Assembly (NCBI GenBank): GCA_977030845.1
Contig: OZ365113.1
Location: 33,480,001 to 33,544,000 of the forward strand
DNA from: Fimbriosthenelais zetlandica
Lineage: Eukaryota
Length of the DNA: 64,000 nt
Reading direction: 5' to 3'
In this document: positions 15,101-27,899 of the stretch, one piece after another
Layout: each line of letters opens with the position of its first letter
How positions within the stretch are numbered: the first letter of the stretch is position 1
Program-made: the position numbers and the translations under genes
The notes under the pieces: generated by a model
The model's input: only the letters and a program-made list of their open reading frames with translations
Told to the model about the DNA's origin: nothing
Database searches by the model: none

Positions 15101-18100
15101 CAGAGAAGGATGATGCCATGAGGCTCAATAGTTGTTACACATGCATGGCAGTCCCATATGTGGCATGCCATCGAGCACCATACATACATAATGCCATACA
15201 TGTGCTCACTCTACGTGATGGTTTTCAGAGCAGATGAAGGCCACTTTTAGCATCATTATTTAAAAAGTGGGAAGTGCTCCCATGAGCTCTTTCTAAGCCT
15301 GATATGTTGGGTTGGACTGGACTGCTGAAAACGTGACTGGGGAGGACTCCTGAAAAAGAACTGATATTTAATATCTGATCTGGATATTGCAAATGGAGTG
15401 CCCTCCAACCTCGGACATTGAAAACGGGTAAATTTGATTCCTTTGCCTGAAACAAAGGGGGTTCTTTGTTTCAGAACATTGAAGGGCATGGTACGTGAAA
15501 ATGATCACAATGGCCAGGGCACAGTGATATGCTATCTGTAAGTGGTTGCCTTGCCAACGCTATTCAGCAAAAAGCGGTCATTTTTCCCAATTGATGGCCT
15601 TATTGGCCTTGAATATTTCATGCAAGCATTAGCTTTATAAAGGTTGAATATGGCCACAATACCTTTTTTAAGCATTAGGCTACAGTGGTCTGCCACTTTC
15701 TGGCATGTATTTATAACCCTTGGCCGGAGTTTCCAGTCAGAAGGCACACACAAACAGTGTTAGCATCAGTTGTGCTAGATCTCCAACTGTTATGTTGCTG
15801 CGTTTGAGGAATGGGTCAGATGTGGTCCCCTCCCAGGCAATAGAATTATTATCATTGAGGACCATTACAATTATGGATATCCACAATAATATTCCTGATG
15901 TATCTACATGGTTGTATGTCCCTGGTAACTATATAGCAGTAGCAAACATCTGGTTCCAAATGCTGAATTATAAACTACATGTGTCAGACATTATCTTTCT
16001 GATGTTTCAAATAGCGAATTACTGCACACTAAAGTGGCTTTAGATACTTGGAGGGCTTTAAGTAAAGCTAGTTGTGTATTAATTAAGGACATCTAAATTG
16101 ATGTAAGTTTAGACCAGAGTATTTCATCATCTTCATACAATGTTTTTGGTTCCTGTACTGTGAGAAACTATTCATAAATCAAACTGACGAAGATACAGAA
16201 GCTTTACCCTCGGTTCCCCAGGCCAAAGCTGTGAGATATCACCCAGTGAACTTAGAGTAAACAGTACAGTCTACCCACCGGACCAGCAAAGTGATCAGTT
16301 TCAAACAAAGAAAATCATTTTTCTCAAAGTTACCACAGCCTATTGCCGATCCCTCTGGGAACAATTCTCCATCGCTTCTGGCAATAACAAAACACTTTCC
16401 CTTTCCATGACATTTGGTGATACCGGATTTTCCATTCAACTTCCGGCGATTACCAGCAGCAAACTCATTTATGGTCTCATTGATGGGCGCCCAAACATTG
16501 TTTTAGCGATCAGACAAATGTAAACTCTTCTTATCTCTCATTCATGATGTTCTCTCATTTAACTCCACTGTGCAGAGGTTAGGGGCTGCATCAGACCAAT
16601 GTAAATAGAGTTACATCCCTCCGAGCTTCCCATGCCATTGTTCCATTACCCAGACTTGTTCTTGAGCAGGGAAACCCAGAGTGTGGGACTCGGTAAAGTA
16701 GCCACTACGGCCACAGACAATGATCAAGCTAAATTATAGCCCAGGATTACCCATTGTTACCAATGGTCAACCACAGGGCGTACTATGGAGGAAATGTGTA
16801 ATTGGTATCATTGTATTTTCTTCCCAACACGACTATCCATTTAGGTAGGACATTGCAATGGAGCTCCAGATACAATGAAGCCTACCCAAGAGGTCATACC
16901 AGTTCCCCTTCAGCTCGGTTCCCTTTTTCAGGTCTAGGGTTGAGACTAATTCCTCCAGCAGCAGGCCTGGAGCAGTTCCGCAGACAAATCAGCCAATCCA
17001 GGCGGCTGTATCATTTGCCTGGCTTCCGTTGGTGGCTGGGAGAAGAGATCGAGTGATATTTTCCCCAGGCTGTGAGAACAGATTAATACTTTGACTAGCT
17101 GTGCTCTCCTAGTATTTGCAATGGAATTCCCGCTATGTGGAATGCTCGGTAAAATTGCCTGCAACTCCCAATCCCAGCAATTATACAAACAGTCGTCTGA
17201 TTAAGGCCAGGTTGGGGAGAAGTTGTGGGTGCAATTAGACAGAAGTACTGGCATTGCAGATTAATCTTGTTTCCAAGCAGCAACGCATATTGAATTATAA
17301 CGATGGCTTGAAGATATCAGCGATGAAACTTGAAAGTCCTGTTGAATATAACTGCCATGACTTGCATATTGCACTCCAATATCCATGAATTAAAGTCACG
17401 TTTAATACTATTCTCTTTTAATGTAGGCCTATATAAATTATTGTCTATGGTGAAGCTGTGATAAAACATACCATAGTTGCATGTATAAGCTATACGTCTG
17501 TTGATGAAATTGGATCTCAATCCAATAAAGAGACTAATCAGCTAGCAATGCTTACTTCATTATGACGCAGGATACATTGTCATTCAAGCTGCCCCACTGA
17601 TGATTAGAATATATGGACGTTATATATCATCCTATATCGAGCAATGTCATTTATCTGATGTACATATACTTGATGTAAAGTTATCAGTATAATGAGGTAG
17701 GGTCTAGTCTGTTTAGACATGCCAAAATACTTCCATCAGTGTTGAAATTTCCCAGTCATCTTGTTTCAAAGGGGGAAGCTTGTGAACTGGAGATGATAGA
17801 TCCATAGCGTGACATAGCTGGACTTATCTGGAATAAGTGAGAGAGGGGAGAGGGATTTCTTATCTGGCACGGGTGTGATTTGGGTTAGAAGTGACCAGGC
17901 TGTGTCATTCGTGAGGCCTCCACGCCAATGGATGAGGCTCCCTCCATCCGCCTTGAGCCCCCCAGGCTGTCTCCTGGGTCTTCCTGGATCCAGATCAAAG
18001 TGTGGCCACTGGAGGACTAGTCCACGGTCAATCCCATCAAAGACATGGCCTGGCATCCTTTCACATCCAGACAAGACTCTGGCCAGATCTGCCACTCCCT

Positions 18101-18205
18101 GTCTCCCCCTTTCCCCTCCTCTGTCTGTGAGTAAGGTTTTTGTAGTATTGGGAAATAGATGAGTATTTTAGATCAATTCTACACTTCATACTACTCAATG
18201 ATGTC

Positions 18206-18292
18206 TTAAAGGGATATGCAACTTACATTAAGTTCGGTGCTTAGGTAATATCCTAAGAAGAATATCATGAAAACCTCTGCTATGCCCTTTAA
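18206..18292. mobile_element. Short TTAA-flanked element with AGGG...CCCT termini (Kolobok-like MITE remnant)
   Basis: TTAA-AGGGATATGCA ... TGCTATGCCCT-TTAA: imperfect terminal inverted repeats with TTAA on both sides. Confidence 0.35.
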
Positions 18293-18299
18293 TTTGATG

Positions 18300-18384
18300 G
18301 CCGCCATCTTTTAAAAAAAAAAATAACACCAGGAAGTGACGTCTGTCTTGCTGGTCAACTCTGACCAATCACAGGACACCAATC
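18300..18384 (-). promoter_or_regulatory. Promoter-like motif cluster oriented antisense within the MGAT4C-like intron
   Basis: AAGATGGCGGC on the minus strand (YY1, 18300-18310), CAGGAAGTGACGTC (ETS-CRE composite, 18330-18343), and two CCAAT boxes (TGACCAATCAC 18362-18372; 18379-18383). Confidence 0.45.
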
Positions 18385-19543
18385 CCTGCTTGCTAGCTCT
18401 GCTCTCTAAGGTGGCCTAATTTCTTTCCAATGTAACCTACCTGTTCTGAAAAAAATGAATTTCTGCTAGAGCTCTTAATATTTGTTCAATCTAGGGATGA
18501 CTATAACGATGCATATATATGAAGATACTATACACACCATAGATAAGGTAGCAGGGTTTGGAATAACTGGCTGCTGGATCAAATGATTATCCATCAGATT
18601 AGATTGTGGGAACCACATCATATGTGCGGCGTGTTTTAGATGAGGAGCGACGAGCACACCACATTAGTATTCTATCAGTATTCATGGCATTAGCATAGAA
18701 CTAATTCTGTTGATGAAGGTTTTAGGGGACTAATGTAAAACACTACTGGCATCTGTTCACCTCTATTTCCACATCTAATCAGCTATAGCGTGGCTAGAAA
18801 TTAAATTAGCCTTTCATATACGTAACTTCCTCTGCTATAGAAAAAAATAATTTTGATTGCTTGGCAGTGGTGTAAAAGGGTCAAGATATAGAGAGATGTG
18901 TATGAATTTGAGGCTATGGAAGGCTTCAAGTACCCTTTATATATTGAGAACAATGATGGTATGCTTTTAGTAGACACACTTTCACTTGTGTTGCTCAGTG
19001 ATTTTTGAGTGGCTTTGATTCCCTCAACAATACGAGATCGTTTTCATCTACAATACCAGACCTTACAATAGAAACATACTTTGTGGTTGGCGAGGTTAGA
19101 ATGAAATGAAATGAATTGCAAAAACCATGGCCATATTGATGCTTCTGCTGGTGCTCTGCACCAATTGATCCTCCTCTCTCTGAAAATTATGATTATGAAA
19201 TGATTTAATAGAAAATATCCTCGACCGTTCATATTTGCCAAAGCAAACTCTTTCGGGCTTAATTTGTTTCATATCGCTGGCTCAGAAATGAAATATTGAT
19301 CGGCCTCTCAGTGAGCAGACTATTCTTTTGTTCAAATTACAATTTCTTCCCAGTTCATAACGGTGGTGCACTATAGTCTAATGGAAATAGAATGCACTAC
19401 TCCAAACCCAAGATAATTGATTCGGTGCAGAAAAGTAGAGGATAGGAATTCCCATATCAGTGTGAACTCTAAATATCGCCTGGATCCACTTAATAGAGGA
19501 CTTGCTCTAACAGATTCCTGTTATTTGCCTTTTTATTTTCCAG

Positions 19544-19599
19544 GGGTCGGAGAGGTTTGCTGGCCTGGTTCGCACCCGATGAACCGTCTTCCCCATGAG
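19544..19599 (+). CDS. Candidate 56-nt stem-region exon of the MGAT4C-like gene
   Basis: Acceptor TTTTATTTTCCAG| and donor GAG|GTACAA. It takes phase 1 in and gives phase 0 out, exactly bridging exon 6075-6168 to exon 23668-23767. Encodes (R)VGEVCWPGSHPMNRLPHE. Confidence 0.45.
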
Positions 19600-20224
19600 G
19601 TACAATAACACTTTTTTTTATAATCTATCCAAATACTCATTGTCATTGTAAAAAGACTGTGGTATAATTTCCCTTCACACAATAACTAATGTCCTACTAT
19701 TGCCTTGGGCTTCGTCACATTATCTTCTTTCATAGTCATATGTTCCGGGAGGTCTTGCAGCAAAAATCAATAGTTTTGCACTCTAATCCTTACAATCCTT
19801 TATGCCATGTGTTGTGTATACCTCAAAATCTTTTCCCTTGATGATTTGTCCCCACCCATAATTTTTTGTCTGGCTTTACCTTGATCTTAAGCTTTCTGTT
19901 GGGAATTGTAGAACTTTAAGTCAGTGGGAAGTGCGTGGTACTCCTGCAGTTGACATAATAATTGATGGCAATAAGGAAAGGTCTTTCCTTCAGTCTTCCT
20001 GCTTGACCTTTCCGCCCGAACATAACCTCGAGCCATCCCTAAAACATGAGCCTTCATTCCAGTCAATCATTCAAAAAGAAATCACTCAACGCTCTCATAA
20101 TCGACTGGGTTACAGCTTGGATCTTGTTCAATCAATCAACGGGAATTGCAATCCCTTGTTAACACTTGGAAACAAGGAAAGCCATGTATACCCTAAGCCC
20201 GGCCTGCCAATGTCTTCACTAGGA

Positions 20225-20400
20225 CGACTACAACAGGGCATTAAATTGATTCATTGCTAGTGAAAGGCGAATACATGCAGGTGTTCGGTTACTGGGTGGA
20301 AGAAATCCCACTGTTTCATTCCACAGACTTGGCTGACGCAAATGGTCAATCCTAAGTCTATATGCTGCTGTTGCTTTCTTACTCTTGGTCCTCATCAAAA
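20225..20400 (-). mobile_element. Possible heavily decayed non-LTR retrotransposon ORF2 C-terminal fragment
   Basis: Minus-strand translation KATAAYRLRIDHLR, followed in another frame by TCMY...ESI*CP, resembles the RLRxGH...C..C...ET..H...CP tail of LINE ORF2s. No RT core motif was found. Confidence 0.2.
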
Positions 20401-23350
20401 GCTGGGGAAACAAGGTCGTCCTTAGGGCACAAGGAAATGTGCGGCATGGAAGTTGGAAAATGAAGGTTTTTGGTTGATTTTTCTCTTTTGTAGTTTCTTC
20501 CAAACCTGTCTTGATGAAATTAGCAAAATTCACTGTTGAATGCTCTAACCGATGTGCTATCAGTGAGTCTATGCATTTATGAACTGATTATGATAGCAAA
20601 GTATTAGGATTGCCTGAGGCTAATGGATTGCTTTCAGAGTGTGTTGAACATATGAGGAGTTAAAGCACCAGCTGGCGTCATTTCCTCACTTGCAGCTCTC
20701 AGCACACTCTAGGAAATGCTGACTTTATCAATTTGCCGGAGTAACTAAAAGAAGTATGCAAAAAACCTATTGCCCTTCTGTTGCATGCCATTTTTAAGGC
20801 CTATTTCTCTTCAAGTGTATGCCTACTCAGCTTGCTGTGCAGCTGTGCTCGTGAATGTATCTTTCTTGCAGTGCAGCATTTCGCGGCATCTGACCTATAG
20901 TCACCCCCAAACCCATTTTCTTGGGTAAAAGCCCACATGGCCCGTTGAAGTATCATCCATGTAGAAGCATTGGATGGGAAGATATGGGATGGGGATTACT
21001 TCCTGCTCCCGCCTCTAGATAGAGACGTCCTAAGTGCCATTTGGGGACACGAGGGCAGATTATCACTCCTGGCTTGACCTACACCAGTCCCCTTCCCATC
21101 AAAGACTATTTTCTCAACCGCTGCAAAAATTTTGATTCATGGCTGCCACGCACTTTCCGGCCTTCTTTCCGGTCATGACAAAGTAGAGGTTGAGGTATAA
21201 CCTCTACAAGCCTAATCTATCAATGCTGTTTACATTTCTCAGGTATGAAAACAGGGCATATATTTTGGAGGTCGGTGAGGGGATGGGCTGATGATGAAAG
21301 GCTGAATGATTACATGGGGGGTCTCAGGGTGGTGGTTCCCAGCCATCTGCGTGAAGATGCCCCTTGGGTAGCCCTCATTGTAACTTCTCTCTCGCACGCC
21401 AGAGGGCAGTTTTCACCACTGTTGGTCACAGGAAGAACACGTGAATACCATTTCCTCTTTGTAACACTGGTCGGCTGTGGGAAATTCTGATATATTATGC
21501 GGGTATATGTAGGTTAATTGGTTGGCCACAGATCGATATGGAAATCAAACACGTGCTTCTCCCGTCAGATGGCGTGACAAAAACCAATTTGGCAAGGACA
21601 CCATGTTGGTCCGGGGCAGGGCAGTGTGATGATAAGCTCTGCGCATGCCCATTGCCCACTTCCTGTCTACAGAATCCTGGGATCTGTCCACTGTCTAATG
21701 GCTGCCTCATCCTCATCCATGTGGAATACTGTGACTTAAATCCAGTCACTGTCCTGCTTCCCACTGCCACTGGTCTGGACTCGATGGAAGGTCTTTCTTG
21801 GTGATCTAGGATGAGATAGAAATGCATAGAGTGAGCCTACGCCATGTAGAACTTATAATAACTGAGCAGTCACTAAACGTCAATTTCATGCTTGGTTACA
21901 GTTCATAAGACATGCAACATTCATCTAAATTAAGGTGGACATTCACGACTGTGGCTGTGTCTATAGCAACATGACTACTAACCGAACATATGAAACCTAT
22001 CACTTTCCATTGCATTATCTAGGTAGTTTCTGTTAAAGGAATTCTCCTGAAAACCAATCTTGTTGTGCAGTGTCAAGAACAGTGCTATGAGAAATTGTAT
22101 AGGGTAACTTCATATATCGTATTTTCTAATAATATTATGGTTTTCAAGACCTGAGGTCCTCATATATGTAATCCGAGTGAATGGAGGCTATAACTCCGAC
22201 GAAATTAACAGATATCATCAATATGTGATGAGGTCCTTTGGGCCATATCCACAGGAATTTGAGATGGAATTGAACTGATGGCAAACAAAGCTGTTTTTGC
22301 CCTCTGGTCATAGGTAATATTGACGTCCAGGAATTGCTCCCCGGGGGTCTGGAGGGAAACATCCATTATGCTGGTGCTGATTTAATTAGGCACCAGCCAG
22401 GATTTGATTAGCATAACTTGATTAGGAGCTTACCAATTCACAGCGCATATACAACGATATGCGTGAACATAGGAACCATATGAGCCTTATAGCTGTCCAT
22501 CATAGATATTTAAAAACATTATATCTTTGAATTAAGTCTAGAGCCGAGGCACAAATGCCAGTTATCGAATTTAGTGTTCGGTGAATGTTTGCTTTTTATG
22601 AAAGACTCCTGAACGAAAGTGATTAATCCTGTCTGCCATTTAAGAAGCTCGTTTGGATTTCCGGCAATGAGACTTGAAGAGGAAGTGATGCGAGGAAACT
22701 TTTTTCTGTTGAATGCTGCTCTTTATGACTTTGATTGCTTAATTGTAGATATTTCAAACATGGAGGTAGAATTCGAATACAGCAAACGATATGAAATATA
22801 TAAATGACAAAATAATAGATGTTTTCTATCTTCTGAATTACACAAGTCTATATCTGTATAGGATTCCTTCTAAAAGTACTTACTGAACCCTATACACCCT
22901 AGTGACGTACTATTACATTATAGAAATCTTTGAAGGACTAAATTTGTGATTCCCACTGAAGTAGCACTACCTCCCTTTAAAGCCTTATCAATCAACTCCT
23001 GAAAGCAGCTGTAGCAAGGTCGGACTTTAAGAAATCCTTCGATGTAAAGCAACATCTAAAAGCAATGAAGCAAATAGTCGAAAAGATTGCATGACTCCCT
23101 CAACAGGAAATCTGACAACATGATCCATGATCAAGCTCATTAAACCTTATTGGAGCATCTATGCTTTTATAAGAATCTGGCCAGAATTAGAATTAGATAG
23201 AAAGTAATTAACAAAGAACACCAAATCCTCCTTTATCCAATTACGTTTGAATTGTAGGCCTCTTTATATTGGAGGAAAAAACAAACACAATATTGTTGAT
23301 CATGTGAACATGGCCTACTGTTTCTGTGGGTCCTACTCGCGGATATTTAT

Positions 23351-23403
23351 GATGTTTTAAGGGGCCCTGTACTGTGAACCATAGTGCAGGGCCCCTTACA
23401 ACA
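23351..23403. repeat. Palindromic dispersed element, copy 1
   Basis: Arms TGTTTTAAGGGGCCCTGTACT and AGTGCAGGGCCCCTTACAACA pair at 19/21 around a 9-nt loop. A homologous copy lies at 33802-33860. Confidence 0.75.
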
Positions 23404-23667
23404 ACAGCAAAAAAAAATGCTGCCAAATTGACCTACTTAAAACTATACTAAAATGACCATCAGAATAGTGTTTTTCAGGGTATTTGAAGCAAAAATGCCA
23501 TAAATAGTCTTTAGTAAATTGTAAGACCAAAACTGTGGTCTTTTATCGGCAGCAGTTTCCTGGCCAGTAAGATAAATGTGTCTATAAATACCTGTCCTGG
23601 AGACCGCTATAAGAGAGCTGAGTGGTGAGCTGTCATGGCCGACATTATTTTACTTTCCTTCTTTCAG

Positions 23668-23767
23668 CAGACTGCCGATGATGACGTGGACACAACGAGG
23701 ATGTATGATGAGCGTCTGAACATTTTCCGGGACAGTCCCGTGTTTGGCCACTCCCGTCCTAACAGGG
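23668..23767 (+). CDS. Stem-region exon of the MGAT4C-like gene
   Basis: Acceptor TTCCTTCTTTCAG| (NAGNAG with 23671) and donor AGG G|GTAGGT (phase 1), which joins the final exon in frame. Encodes QTADDDVDTTRMYDERLNIFRDSPVFGHSRPNR. Confidence 0.7.
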
Positions 23768-26736
23768 GTAGGTACAAAGTTATCAATCACGCTGGTTCTA
23801 GCCGCAGCCAGCCAGCCTCACTGCACGAAATAAGGTACATACACCACTCCAGATTGTCTCATATGATATCCATCCCTCAAATGGAAAGCTATTTGGTGTT
23901 GCAGTTTTGGCCATCGATTCTAAAGGCTCTTAGGTTTTCCTTACGTAATTACGACAGGTTTCCTATGGTTTTAAAGTAGTCTTAAAAGAATATGAATCAA
24001 TAAAATCGGTCCCTATAAGAAAGCTTCGTAGCCAGGCTTGGAGGATTGCACTGCATGCTCCTGATTTCGTGCATTGGTACAGCAGTGTATATACTCTCTG
24101 TCTGGGAGTGTTCTTTATGGACTGTAATAACAGTACTAGGATTCTCGCTTAATGAATTGGCATATAAACCCACTGAACTCTGAATCGTACTTCCCTGCCT
24201 TACACATATCTCTTCTGGATTATACCCTCTGCTACTTTACTGCAGCAATTGGACTCTACAGAGGACCACTCGGTATTATGGCCTTGACTATAAATAGCTG
24301 CCGGGCCTGGACAAGTAACAGTCGACACTTAGTTTCAGTCTTTAGGCCATAATTTCATAGAATTCTTTTCTTCAAAAGATGCTTTGAAATCAAATTTTCA
24401 TATTGCTCAAAGCCAATTCAGAATAAAGGAACAGTTTTGTTCACTGCGTGCCAACTTATGGCTGCTGCAAAACGGGAATGGGCCGAGTGATAGGACAATA
24501 AATGGTTCCCACAAGAAAATGTCGTCTGCCCATTATGATAAATGGCACCCATAAGGTCCCAGGCTGCTCATATAAGATAGGTACATTCCAGGCTAGTACA
24601 GGCAGCCGAAAGTCTGATATATGCAATGTTTGGGGCCTTTCGGGATATTACCCCCAACAATATGGGAGGCAAAGAGCTGGCCTGAAATATGACATTGCTG
24701 ATATTTCCGGCTGAAAGACTTTGGTGGGATTAATGGCGATGCAGGGATAAAGAATGAGTTCTTTATTGATTTGGAAGCCATTTGTAAGCTGTCAGAAATG
24801 TCAATTATGGGGGCAGCATAACGATAGGCGGAGGCCGGCTGGACAGACTGTTAATTCAGACCAGGAAGGTAGCCAACCATTGAGTTATGACATGCGGGAG
24901 TATTTATCACTCGTAACGATGTGATGATTTTACTAATGATCCAATGCATTTGGCAATTTTGCTAAAACTGGGAACCATGGCTGCAGACAGGCTCCTGACT
25001 TTAAAACATTAAGCCTAACAAAATCTATGTCAAAGTCAGTTATATTTGGGACCTGCATATGCCTTTATTCACGTTAATGTTAGATTTATATTAATTATTA
25101 TGTTGGTTCTTTTCAAATAATATCCATTGTTACATTTTCCATCGACTCACTGCCAAATAGATATCATAAAGGAAAGAAAAAATGGCAGTAATGAAGGAGA
25201 TACATTGTATTTGGGTACCAGTACGTTTCCCTTTGTTGCTAATACATTGGTGGGCCCGGAAGCTCCTGAAACCACTCAGGATCGCGGAGTCAGACAAGAA
25301 GCCATTACCAGGCCGGCTTCCCTTCCTCCTTGGCTTCTATATTCCTATCGTCTGTATTCTAGAAGAAGGAATTCCTCAAGCTCATCCAAAACCTAGTATG
25401 GAGCTAGGTCCAGCAATTGCCTTCATCCTAGCAATTGCTAATTCATTACCTGTTATTCAGTACTAAGCCACTCATCATTGGCAATTACTGTGGTACAGGG
25501 GACGTAGATGGCAGAGTTAATGGTATCTGCATAGCACAAGTATCAATAGATAGCTTTCTGTTGGCCTAATGGTCTTAAGGCTGTAAAGTACCATTGCTTT
25601 GCCATGAGAAAGGGCAGTTTTTCACCAGCTTTGTAGCATTATGGACTTTTAAAATCAAATTGATTCAGGTAAATGCCATTTATTGTGATGCTTTATAATT
25701 ATTGAATACAATGAAGACAAAACAAAAAGGATAATTGCAGACCAAGTTCAACTTTTCATAGAGTGCCTCACACTGTCTCTAGTTGAACTGGAGGACAATC
25801 AACAAAGGGAAAAGGAGCATTTGCCCACAGAAAATGGCTTATCTGAAAACCAGGCAGAACTAAGAGGCAGTCCAAAGTAATCTGCAATTGCTCAAGCACA
25901 TAGCGGCAAGATCTGATCAATGTGGGCCTTTTTTTGTGTAGTTTGCTGCAATCCAAGAGAAAATCCATGCCTTGACCAGCTCACATTTGATCAGCCGATG
26001 CCATCAAGACCAGTTTCACCAAAGAATCTCCGAATTTCTTTCGACAGGCAATGTGAATACAATCATATAGACCTAATGTGTAGTGGGATGAAACGGGTAA
26101 CCGCGGAGTTATCAGGGGTGCATACATGTCTTAAAAGTCTCTATCGGATCTAGGTCAGGCGATTTGAGATGGGATGGATGGAGAGATAGAGACATAAAAT
26201 AGCACTAGAATATTGAGGCATTATGATCTCAAGGTAATCAGCTGTGAAGCTATGTGCGATCGATGGAAGCTTGGTATTTTTAAAGGACTCATTGCATGAG
26301 GGAACCCACCACCCTCATAAATGCTAAAGCATGAGCATGTATTATCAAACTGACACACGCCGCTATTCTATTGATTTTTCGACAGCTGTGAGGTAGAAAA
26401 CTTAAAATGTGATTTGGCAGCTCAAAATTGAACTAATTATGCTCAAAGTAATCTGTATTCATTGCATGTTCCCAGGACCTACCTTCTCAATTATCATGAC
26501 AAATTTATTGTCAGAGCAGCTTTAAATTAATCTACAATTTCACCCGAATTTTGATTGAGTTCTAAATTTAGGACAAAATATGCCAAACTTGGCATGATTT
26601 TGAGCGAGATCTCCGAGACTTTGAGATGCATAGAAAGCCTGCTTGCCATTCATGCTATTTATGAACCTTTTGGATGTGATTCTCTATTCATTGACCTGTC
26701 ACCAACATAAGTCTTCTTCTATTTTCTTCTCTCTAG

Positions 26737-27899
26737 GGTTTATCACCATTGGCATTCCTACAGTACAACGTGAAGGAGGCAGCTACCTCCTCAAAACCAT
26801 CGACTCCCTCATCCGGCATACATCCGAAACAGAAAAGATGGAGATTGTCATTGTCATCTTACTGGCAGATCTGGATGCCAATACACGACATCAGATGTCG
26901 ATGATTTTACACAGAGCCTATAGGACCTACATTGATGATGGCTTCATACAAATTATAGCCATCAACCGGGACTTTTATCCACCTCTGAGGAATTTAGAAC
27001 GGACATTTGGGGATTCAGAAACTCGAGTGAGATGGCGCTCAAAGCAGGCCATAGATTTTGCTTTCCTCATGCTTTACTGTTCGAACATATCAGAGTACTA
27101 CATGCAGCTAGAAGATGATGTGATTTCCACGCCCAATTTTCTCAATTCCATGCGGGATTTTATCGTTCGCCAGTCAGATCCCTGGGTGTGTCTGGAGTTT
27201 TCACACATGGGATTTATAGGGAAATTCTATCGCTCCAGACATTTGCGCAAACTAGCTATGTTCATGAGGAATTTCTACTCTGAGCAGCCAGTAGATTTCC
27301 TTTTCAGATACTTCAACGTCCTTATGACCCAGAAGACCTCTATTATGAGGACGCCATCTTTATTCCACCATATCGGAGTGGTGTCCTCTCTGCCAGAGAA
27401 AAACACTGGCAGGAAATCGGTGGAGGACATACAAGATGCCTTGCCAAAAACACATAATGGAGACAACCCTCCTGCTGATATCAGTACCAATCTAAAGACA
27501 TTCAAAGCTTACACAGTTGACCTTGCTTATCAGAAGACATCCGGGCATTTCTGGGCAATGGCGCCGTCTGGTGGCGAGGCACTGTTTGTGGCTTTCCAGG
27601 AGCCAGTGCGCTTGAAAAGAATAGTGGTTGAAACGGGTTCGGAGCGCCACAAAGAGGACCTTTTACAGTACGGGAAGTTGGAGGCCAGCCCTCGAATGAT
27701 ATCTCGCCTGGAGGACGGTAGGGTGCTGTGCACTGATTACACATACCTGGGGGCATTCCAGAACGGACGCGTGGATGTGGACGGCTTAGATAAAAGACTT
27801 CCCTACGAGATTCACTGTGTGCGCATTTCAGTAACGCAGGCCCAAACTTCCTGGGTGCTGATTAGGGAGATAGCCGTGTTCATCATGAAAGATTCGTGA
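26737..27899 (+). CDS. MGAT4C: Alpha-1,3-mannosyl-glycoprotein 4-beta-N-acetylglucosaminyltransferase C-like (GT54): catalytic and C-terminal lectin domains in one terminal exon; full model about 470 aa
   Basis: Acceptor CTTCTCTCTAG|GG TTT ATC. Motifs ITIGIPTVQREGGSYL, RVRWRSKQAIDFAFL, YYMQLEDDV, WVCLEFSHMGFIGKFY, PSLFHHIG and NPPADIST...HFWA match the MGAT4 family. The first 31 aa of the tracked ORF (26643-26736) are intronic. Confidence 0.93.

Noticed and set aside
19368-19428. tRNA-like A-box (TAGTCTAATGG) with weak end pairing
   Set aside because: About 60 nt, no proper B-box or cloverleaf; at most a SINE scrap.
21538-21804. Cys-rich 88-aa ORF resembling a small disulfide peptide
   Set aside because: No signal peptide, no supportive splice sites and no recognisable Cys framework; an equally long ORF lies on the opposite strand.
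26643-26736. N-terminal 31 aa of the tracked 418-aa MGAT4 ORF
   Set aside because: TTG start within a polypyrimidine tract ending in an acceptor at 26736; intronic.
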